Shown piece by piece: positions 54,347 through 64,000 of a DNA stretch of 64,000 bases. This DNA comes from Octopus vulgaris (Eukaryota): assembly GCA_951406725.2 (NCBI GenBank), contig OX597815.1, positions 3,472,001 to 3,536,000 on the forward strand, in the 5' to 3' direction. The notes under the pieces were generated by a model. The model worked only from the letters and a program-made list of their open reading frames with translations. It had not been told where the DNA came from and ran no database searches. Within the stretch, counting starts at the first letter, position 1, and every line of letters starts with the position of its first letter. Made by a program: the position numbers and the translations under genes.

Positions 54347-54430
<84 letters not shown>

Positions 54431-54471
54431 ATGTATGTATGTATGTATGTATGTATGTATGTTTATATATA

Positions 54472-54628
54472 GAGAGAATTCACGAAAAAACAAAAGACGA
54501 AGACGGGGAAGTGTAAACAACAAACAGATGTATTAGTATAACGATCGGGAAGTGAGAATGTCTTTAACGTTTCGATCCTACGCTCTTCCACAGAAAGGAA
54601 GACAGAAAGAAACAAGGAGGAAAAATGT
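54472..54628 (-). mobile_element. Inverted Penelope pLTR copy with a variant hammerhead (54562-54597)
   Basis: Reverse complement is homologous to about 55120-55238. Confidence 0.8.
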
Positions 54629-54629
54629 G

Positions 54630-54671
<42 letters not shown>

Positions 54672-54675
<4 letters not shown>

Positions 54676-55238
54676 CGACTCAGCAATGACACCCCGGTCT
54701 CGCGTCATTTCCGCTCTACCGGTTACTCTTTGCAACACCTGTCCGTGTCCTTGCACAGGGGCCATCCGAACTCCCGTTTGCGTCGTGAACAAGGATTAAT
54801 CTTCTCTCTTCCTTCCTTTGCGCCACATAGGCTCAACTCTCATCCCCCTTTTCATCTAATCTCCTCTCTTCGTCTCTCTCGCCCTCACACCAACATCCTC
54901 CCACACACCCCACATCTTCACACCTACACATACACAAACGCATACGTTAAGGTCACCAGCCATCCTCCGTAAGCACATACGTACTCTCTTACCCAAACGC
55001 ACGCTCACCTTCGTTTTGGGATCACCACTACTTTATTATCTCCCTTTCATCCTAGCTCTCCTGTATGACCCTCTTGTCCGGCATTCGCCGTGATAGATCG
55101 CCAGCCACTACACATTCTTTATTTTCTCTCCCTGTTTATTTTTGTGCTCCTTTCTGTGGAAGAGCGTAGGCTCGAGACGTTAAGGACTTTCTCACTTCTC
55201 GAAGATTAAACTAATACTTCTGTTTGTTGTCTACGCCA
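54672..55238 (+). mobile_element. Penelope-like element 3' end: GIY-YIG C-terminal remnant + pLTR with a variant hammerhead (55150-55185)
   Basis: IRLSNDTPVSRHFRSTGYSLQHLSV..SRLRREQGLIFSL.SFAPHRLNS fits the PLE GIY-YIG ending (PV..HF..R..E..LIF.L...P.GLN). Confidence 0.85.
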
Positions 55239-55329
55239 TATATATATATGTGTTTATGTTTCATGCGTATGCCTGTAGCATATATGACGGCATGCATGCG
55301 ACTTGGGTACTTGCACGCGCGTGAATGTT

Positions 55330-55361
<32 letters not shown>

Positions 55362-55395
55362 CTTATGAGTAAATTCATACACGCATACGTATTTG

Positions 55396-55451
<56 letters not shown>

Positions 55452-55651
55452 CAAATACACATGCATATACACAGATGCATTTACAGACATACATATACAT
55501 GTATGTATGTATGTGTATATATATATATGTTATATATATATATATATATATATACATAAAATATTATTAGAGACAAAACCACTATTTTGCAAAACAAACA
55601 AGGAAAGTCTTAATCAATACATAAAATTTTAATAAATAGTCAAAAAAACCG

Positions 55652-55694
55652 CCACTACAATCGTTTCTTGTCTTGATCGACAATCTTCAGGTGG
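55652..55694 (-). ncRNA. Minimal type I hammerhead ribozyme (within a PLE-like fragment, about 55555-55800)
   Basis: CCAC-CUGAAGA-UUGUC-gaucaa-GACAA-GAAA-C-GAUU-GUA-GUGG; stems I and II perfect. Confidence 0.8.
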
Positions 55695-56717
55695 ACTTCA
55701 ATAAGTCAGTTTCAAATATTTTACTATAAAATTGGATTTAATCCTAAATCTGATTTTTTTTCCCTGTAAATTTGGATTTATTCCCTAATATTTATTATAT
55801 ATATATACATACATACATAAACACACATATATGTATAATATATGCATGTATATGTATGTCTTTTTCCCTTCTCTCTACTTCTCTCTCTCTTCTCTCTCTC
55901 TCTCTCCCTCTCTCTCTCTTTACGCACACATTTGCACACACATGCACCCGTATTCACAGCCCCCCTCTCTGTATCTTCTTAATCTTTTTCTCTCCCTTTC
56001 TCTCTCAGTCCTCCGCCATCCCCCCCTCTCTCTCTCTCTCCTCACACCTCTCCATTCACCTCCCACCTATTTATACATATCATCCACCCCACCCCCCATC
56101 CTTTGAAACCTATCTTTTGCTTTCTCGTCAATCTCTGCTTCGTTCGGTCAATTTCTTCACCCTTCCCCCCCCCACCCCGCCGCCGTCTAGTTTCTTCGTA
56201 GCAAAACTACCCCCATAACTCCACACCCCTACGGCACCCCACTCCTATATATATATATTAGCCACCCCTTTGCCCCCCCTCCCCCCAATCCCCCACGCCT
56301 CTTCCACCGTTCTTCAATCCGGACCATCATCCCTCCACCCCCTCTGCCCACACAAACCTTTCAACAACTAAAGTCGTTTTAAGCAACCCCCACCCCCTCC
56401 ACTTTATTCCCCCCCTCCACTTTATCCCCCCCCCATTTACACTAAAAGCTGATTTCACTTATTAACTCGCCTTCGTTTCTCACTTTGGCGGACATTGAGT
56501 ACAACGACGACATCAGCAAGAACAAGAACACCAACTGCTACTTCTACGACGGACGACGACGACAACCAGAACAACAACAAAACCAACAAGAAATGCAACT
56601 GTAACATCGACAACATCGACAACAACGACAACCTAATAACAATAACAATGACGAACTTTGCGCCAGGAAAAAAAAACATCACCTAAAAGAGCCACCATTA
56701 CTATAATCATGACTGCC

Positions 56718-56753
<36 letters not shown>

Positions 56754-56790
56754 ACTGCTACTACATGTACTTAAAATAGACGAAGAAAAC

Positions 56791-56846
<56 letters not shown>

Positions 56847-57129
56847 GGTGGTGGTGGTTGGAGGAGGAGGAAGAGGAGGAGACAATAATAATATTAAGAA
56901 GAAGACGAAGAATAAGAGGAAGAGGAGGAGGAAGAAGTGGACGAAGAAGAGGAAGAAGATGAAGGAGAGGAAGTAGATGAAGGAGAGGAAGAAGGGGAGA
57001 AGAGGATGAAGGGGATGAAGAGGAAAGAGAAGATGAAGAAGGGGAAAGGGAAAAGAAGGGAGAGGATGAAAGATTGTGATTATACGTCTGTCTGTCTGTT
57101 TATGTATGCATCTTGCTATTTGTCTGTTA

Positions 57130-57680
<551 letters not shown>

Positions 57681-58424
57681 TCTCCCCCATTTTTCAATCT
57701 ATCCCGTATCTTTCATGCATTTTTACTCTTGCTCTTAAAGCCAAATCGTGTTTTTTCTTTCATTTTCTCCATTTTAAAGTTTGTTGTCAGCCATTTTATA
57801 AAATGAACTCCATTATAAAACAATAACAAAATAATAATAATATAATTTTTAAAAAACCCTAAACTATTGTGGTTCAGTTGGCATGAGTGGTGTGTGTACT
57901 TTGTGTGTGAGTGTGAGTGGAGGAGCCGTGGTGTGTGCTGTAAGTATGTGGGGCCGCAGTGATCATACGCTGGTTCGCCGGTGATCTGCGGTCCGCTGTC
58001 TATTGTCATGGCGCAACAATGACTATCCACCGTGGCTCATCTTTTAACAATGATAATTCGTAGGGAGGGAGGTGTGGGCTGGAAAAGACGGGGTAGCAGG
58101 AGTAGGAGCGGGAGGAAGAGTAGTAGAGAGAGAGAGAGAAAGAGTGTATTAGGAGAGCAAGAGAGCAAGAGAGAGAGAGAGAGGGGGTGGTTTGAGAAAT
58201 ATATAAAAGTAAAAGAAAAAGGTATATAAATATAAAATATCCATAAAAAGAAAAACAGAAATATATAGAAATTGAATTAATACTGGAAAACCAAATATTT
58301 AAAGAGAAACGGCACCACCACTACTCTCGCTACACCCAGCCTCACAACTACCGCCACCCCTAACACGACACTGCTGCCATTCCCATCCGAATCACTACTC
58401 AGATAACAAACCACTGCATAAAAT

Positions 58425-58735
58425 GTAACAGTACTTGAACTCAGAGTGTAAAGAGTCGGACGAAATAGCACTGAGCATTTTGTCCGGCTGCTAAAAACTG
58501 TACCAGCGCGTCGCATTTAATAATGGTTTCAGATTTTAGCAAGAAGGCAGCAAATTGGAGTGAGGAAGGTTAGGGGATTCTATCGAACGAACCCCAGCGA
58601 TTGACTTTGGCTAGCACTTATTTTCTCGACCCTGGCAGAATGAAAGGCAAAAATTGACCTCGGTTGAATTTGTACTCAGAATATAAGGACGGACGGAATA
58701 TCGCTAAGCATTTTGCCAAAATTTAGAACCATTAT
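58425..58735 (-). mobile_element. Degenerate SINE family M copies
   Basis: TTGAACTCAGAG..AGCATTTTGTCCGG; GAATGAAAGGCAAA..TGACCTCGG. Confidence 0.7.
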
Positions 58736-58837
58736 TTTGAAAAAAAAAAGGATCTCTCAGCAAGTCGTAGCTGTGTGATTAAAAAGTTCCGTTTTGCAAC
58801 CTTCTCTTGACGTTTTCACTCCCACAGCTTGCCATCC

Positions 58838-58902
<65 letters not shown>

Positions 58903-58975
58903 AAAATGTTAAATTGAATGTATCCAAAGTAGTCATTATTTGACTTTTCTCAAGACAGTATATTCCTGTTCTCAA

Positions 58976-59405
58976 GGCAGCGAGCTGGCAGAAACGTTAG
59001 CACGCCGGGCGAAATGCTTATCGGCATTTCGTTTGCCTTTACGTTCTGAGTTCAAATTCCGCCGAGGTCGACTTTGCCTTTCATCCTTTCGGGGTCGATA
59101 AATTAAGTACCAGTTACGTACTGGGGTCGATGTAATCGATTTAATCCCTTTGTCTGTCCTTGTTTCTCCCCTCTGTGTGTAGCTCCTTGTGGGTAATAAA
59201 GAAATAAGAAACGTTAGCACGCCGGGCGAAATGCTTAGCGGTATTTCGTCTGTCTTTACGTTCTGAGTTCAAATTCCGCCGAGGTTGACTTTGCTTTTCA
59301 TCCTTTCGGGCTCGATAAATTAAGTACCAGTTGCGTGCTGGGGTCGATCTAATCGACTGGCCACCTCCCTCAAATATTTCGGGCTCTGTACCTATAGTAG
59401 AAAAG
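58976..59405 (+). mobile_element. Dimeric SINE family M insertion
   Basis: Two tandem monomers with different tails inside a 19-bp TSD AGTATATTCCTGT(T/C)CTCAA (58957-58975, 59406-59424). Confidence 0.93.
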
Positions 59406-60270
59406 AGTATATTCCTGTCCTCAATCCCCAATGTTTGAACACTAGCTCATTATTCTTGAATACCACCACACTACCTGCTCTAATAAATATCTTTTTCCTA
59501 TTTCTATAAATTTGATTTGTACCTTAAAGAAACTCAGCTTCTTTTATTAAGTACCAGCGGAACAGCTTACATAAAACAAACTGTCAGGAGGTAAGTTGTA
59601 AGATACACTGAACGCGTTAGAGATTTTCGACTCAACAACAGTTCACTTCTTCCTAGTTGTCTCTATTCAGTTCACCAATTCACCCGCTATCTGTACATGT
59701 TTTTTTATTGTCTTACATATAACAGATCTCCGATATTCTTTTCCTCCTACGAGAGCAGCAACTTATGTTTGATCTAGGAACGTTACCAACTGAATTTTCA
59801 ATAATCACCTGCTTCCAAAATTACGCATAATAAGAAAACATACCAGAATATTAAAAGACCACAATATTGAGCCACAAACACACGCACACACGCATGCATA
59901 TCACACATCTGGTACATGAGAATAAACACGCTAATGCACAAATACACACACACACGCACACGCAGACACACACACATGCATTTTTTAAACCCTCTGCTTC
60001 ACACATGGGGTATTTTATGTTTAAATGGATGTACATAGATGCAGACATACATAAATATATACATGCACATGCTATACATATATATCTATAAAACACCGAA
60101 CTGACAAAGGAAATAAAAAGTTGTGCTGTGAACCTCATTAGCTTACAACTCTTTCTGTGACACTCATGGTGGAGTACTTGAGTATCACCCTATACTTTCA
60201 TTGGAGCTTCAAACATCTATATCTATATCGAGAGAGAGAGCGAGAGAGAGAGAGAGAGAGAACTAGGTAG

Positions 60271-60413
<143 letters not shown>

Positions 60414-60457
60414 TAGACAGACAGACAGATAGTTAGATAAATAGATAGACAGATAGG

Positions 60458-60533
<76 letters not shown>

Positions 60534-60747
60534 CGGACAGACAGACTAACAGACAGGCAGACCGACAGATAGATAGACAGACAGACAGACAGATACACAT
60601 ACGCACATAACCACACAATCACCGACCGACATAGTCGTATATTAACACACCCACATTTGCATATGTGTTTACATGCACACATGCAAAGAAACAGATGCGC
60701 ACATACACACACGCATATATACACACTTACATATACTCATATATATA

Positions 60748-60801
<54 letters not shown>

Positions 60802-60959
60802 AAGGTACCTAAATACATATACGCACCCGTATAAGCATCCGCCTATAAACTGACGCAGACACTCCCACACGCATACAGCCACGCAAGCATACACACGAGC
60901 GCGCGCACAAGGAAAAACACAGATGCACCTATGCACGCATGTGTGCCTACGTATAACCA

Positions 60960-61330
60960 ATTTAAACAGAGCGGAGCTGTCTATTTAAATAAGGTTCTGG
61001 GTCCAGAACAGCTAGGAAGGGCGGCGGGACCGGGTGGGGTAGGGTTGCGGTAGGGGTTTTGGATGTTCTAAGACCTAATGAATATGTATCGGCAGATTGG
61101 TGGCAGCCATCTGTGAGTATGTTGTCTTGCTTGTGTACCGTCGGGCTTAACATTTCCAGGGCAGCGCACGGCGTCGATGGCGGAAAGGGCGGAAAGGGGG
61201 CGGGGGGATACCAGGGCTCACGGACGATTTTCATGGGGTTAAAATGGACACCAAGTTGGGTTTTAGGCGACAGGTGTCGTCTGTTTGCATGTGACGTAAA
61301 CGATATGGCTTGTCTCACCGATTGGCTGCC
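60960..61330. promoter_or_regulatory. GC/CpG-rich promoter-like island
   Basis: Several GGGCGG boxes, two GATTGG, TGACGTAA, GATGGCGG, TATTTAAA, G-quadruplex-forming run 61019-61044. Confidence 0.35.
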
Positions 61331-61502
61331 GATTTGTGTATATGTGTGTGTGTGTATGTGCATACATGAATATATGTATGTAGAGATGTGTGTGTGTGTG
61401 TTTGTGCGTGGGTTGGTGGGGAACTGGGGGTGATTGTGTGGTTGTATGAATGGCAGTATGGATAGATTGATGTGTAGTCGTAAGTCTTTATAAATGCATG
61501 GA

Positions 61503-61895
61503 GGGCTGGCAGAAACGTTAGCACGCCGGGCGAAATGCTTAGCTGTATTTCATATGCCGTTACGTTCTGATTTCAAATTCCCCCGAGGTCGACTTTGCCT
61601 TTCATCCTTTCAGGGTCGATTAAATAAGTACCAGTTACGCACTGGGGTCGGTATAATCGACTTAATCCGTTTGTCTGTCCTTGTTTGTCCCCTCTGTGTT
61701 TAGCCCCTTGTGGGTAGTAAAGAAATAGGTATTTAGCCTGCCGCTTCGTTCTGAGTTCAAACTTGGCCGAGAGCGACTTTGCCTTTCATCCTTTCGGGCT
61801 CGATAAATTAAGTACCAGTCAAGTACTTGGGTCGATGTGATCGACTGTCCCCTTCCCCACAAAAATCCAGGCTTTGTGCCTAAAGTAGAAATGAT
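61503..61895 (+). mobile_element. Dimeric SINE family M
   Basis: Same two-monomer layout as 58976-59405. Confidence 0.9.
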
Positions 61896-61994
61896 TATTA
61901 TCATTCCTTCGTAACACATGATAAAGTCTGTGTGTGTATCTTCATTGGCTCTTATGCTGTAAATACCAAAATGAAGTGACAGAGAACTGATATA

Positions 61995-62456
61995 AGCATG
62001 TACCAAGTAAAGTTATGCAGGGGGATGGGAAACTAACGATACTCTGGGACTATGATTTTCAGACAGATTGTGTAATCGAACACTTTCGGCCGGATATTGT
62101 CATACTGAATAAGAGAGACAAATACTGTCAGATCATTGTTGTAACCATACCAAATGACATGAATGTTGTGAGTAAAGAGGTTGATAAAAAATCACCAAGT
62201 ACTCTGAATTGAAAGTGGAAATGGCAAGACTGTATAGAATGCGAGAGGGTAATGCAAAAGTGATACCAGTGGTGATCGACGCTTTGGGCTCAATCCCATT
62301 GAAGCTTCAAGACTTCTTTGAGCAACTGCAAATCCCATACAAGATTGATGTCTTGCAAAAAGCAGCCTTATTGAGCACAGCGCACATCTTAAGGAAAGTA
62401 TTATCTGTCTGAGGTCCTTGTTGTGACTTCACAGATGACTAAAGACTCCGGTGGTG

Positions 62457-62457
<1 letters not shown>
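61995..62457 (+). pseudogene. R4/Dong-clade LINE 3' fragment (RLE domain to the stop codon)
   Basis: ILWDYDFQTD.VIEHFRPDIVILNK..IPND.NV..KE..K..KY.ELKVEMARL..VIPVVIDALGSIP..LQKAALLSTAHILRKVLSV*; one frameshift; followed by (ATT)n. Confidence 0.92.
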
Positions 62458-62516
<59 letters not shown>

Positions 62517-62659
62517 CGAGGGCCATCTTCAGCAACAGCAACAGTCGCAGCAGCAAGATCAAACGAGCTAATTTGAAGGTGCAAACGATAAGATGTATTA
62601 GGGAGACGAAAGCAAATTTAAGGAAAAAAATACAGGTTAAGGAGCGTGGTTCAGGGTAT

Positions 62660-62884
62660 AGATACATACACATATGTATGTGTGTATGTATGTATGTATG
62701 TATATATGTATGTATGTATATATGTGTGTGTATGTATGTATGCATGTATGTATGTATGTATATATGTGTGTGTATGTATGTATGTATGTATGTATGTATG
62801 TATGTGTGTGTATGTATGTATGTATGTATGTATGTATGTATGTATGTATGTATGTATATATGTGTGTGTATGTATGTATGTATG

Positions 62885-62918
<34 letters not shown>

Positions 62919-63088
62919 TGTATGTATGTATGTATGTATATATGTATGTATGTATATATGTGTGTGTATGTATGTATGTATGTATGTATGTATGTATGTA
63001 TGTGTGTATGTATGTATGTATGTATGTATGTATGTATGTATGTATATATGTATGTATGTATATATGTGTGTGTATGTATGTATGTATG

Positions 63089-63122
<34 letters not shown>

Positions 63123-63210
63123 TGTATGTATATATGTATGTATGTATATATGTGTGTGTATGTATGTATGTATGTATGTATGTATGTGTGTATGTATGTA
63201 TGTATGTATG

Positions 63211-63244
<34 letters not shown>

Positions 63245-63318
63245 TATATGTATATATGTATGTATGTATGTAGGTATGTATGTATGTATGTATGTATGTA
63301 TGTATGTATGTATGTATG

Positions 63319-63352
<34 letters not shown>

Positions 63353-63358
63353 TGTATG

Positions 63359-63420
<62 letters not shown>

Positions 63421-63450
63421 TGTATGTATGTATATATGTATGTATATATG

Positions 63451-63484
<34 letters not shown>

Positions 63485-63486
63485 TG

Positions 63487-63517
<31 letters not shown>

Positions 63518-63530
63518 TTATGTATGTATG

Positions 63531-63561
<31 letters not shown>

Positions 63562-63582
63562 ATATGTATGTATGTATGTATG

Positions 63583-63614
<32 letters not shown>

Positions 63615-63616
63615 TG

Positions 63617-63650
<34 letters not shown>

Positions 63651-63668
63651 TATATGTATGTATATATG

Positions 63669-63702
<34 letters not shown>

Positions 63703-63752
63703 TGTATGTATGTATGTATGTATGTATGTATGTATGTATGTATGTATATATC

Positions 63753-63784
<32 letters not shown>

Positions 63785-63900
63785 CATGTATGTATATATG
63801 TATGTATATATGTATGTATGTATATATATATGTATGTATGTATATATGTATGTATGTATGTATGTATGCATATATGTATGTATGTATGTATGCATGTATG

Positions 63901-63932
<32 letters not shown>

Positions 63933-64000
63933 TGTATGTACGTACGTATGCATGTATGTATATATGTATGTGTCTGAATGTATGAATGTATGTCTGCATG
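62660..64000. repeat. (TATG)n array (reverse complement of TACA)
   Basis: Direct reading. Confidence 0.97.

Noticed and set aside
59530-59596. Candidate micro-exon ending AG|GTAAGT (similar donors at about 34176 plus, 33058 minus and 2331 minus)
   Set aside because: Weak acceptors and no recognisable peptide; such donor motifs are expected by chance in 64 kb

Overview
Repeat-dense, AT-rich eukaryotic genomic DNA with no recognisable host protein-coding exon. Almost every ORF in the supplied track is a translation of a microsatellite: (TA)n, (TACA)n, (GATA)n, (TAA)n, (CAT)n, (ACT)n or (CT)n. The SINE families and microsatellite load look like an octopod cephalopod (Octopus-like) intronic or intergenic region; this is an inference. 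The real coding remnants all come from decayed retroelements: several R4/Dong-clade RLE LINEs sitting in (TAA)n or (CATA)n arrays, RTE, CR1-like and Tx1/L1-like LINE fragments, and a Penelope GIY-YIG end. The window also holds more than 20 tRNA-derived SINE copies, piggyBac, hAT and Tc1-pogo MITEs with target-site duplications (TSDs), and a non-autonomous Helitron. The most notable hidden layer is a set of hammerhead ribozyme (HHR) motifs from about five different repeat families. These include one at the 3' end of a tRNA-headed SINE-like element, one whose stem II is extended by a 91-nt fold-back, and a CUGUGGA core variant. An R4/Dong-like family appears to target and seed (CATA)n arrays. 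Short CpG-rich unique islands between the repeats look like cis-regulatory elements.
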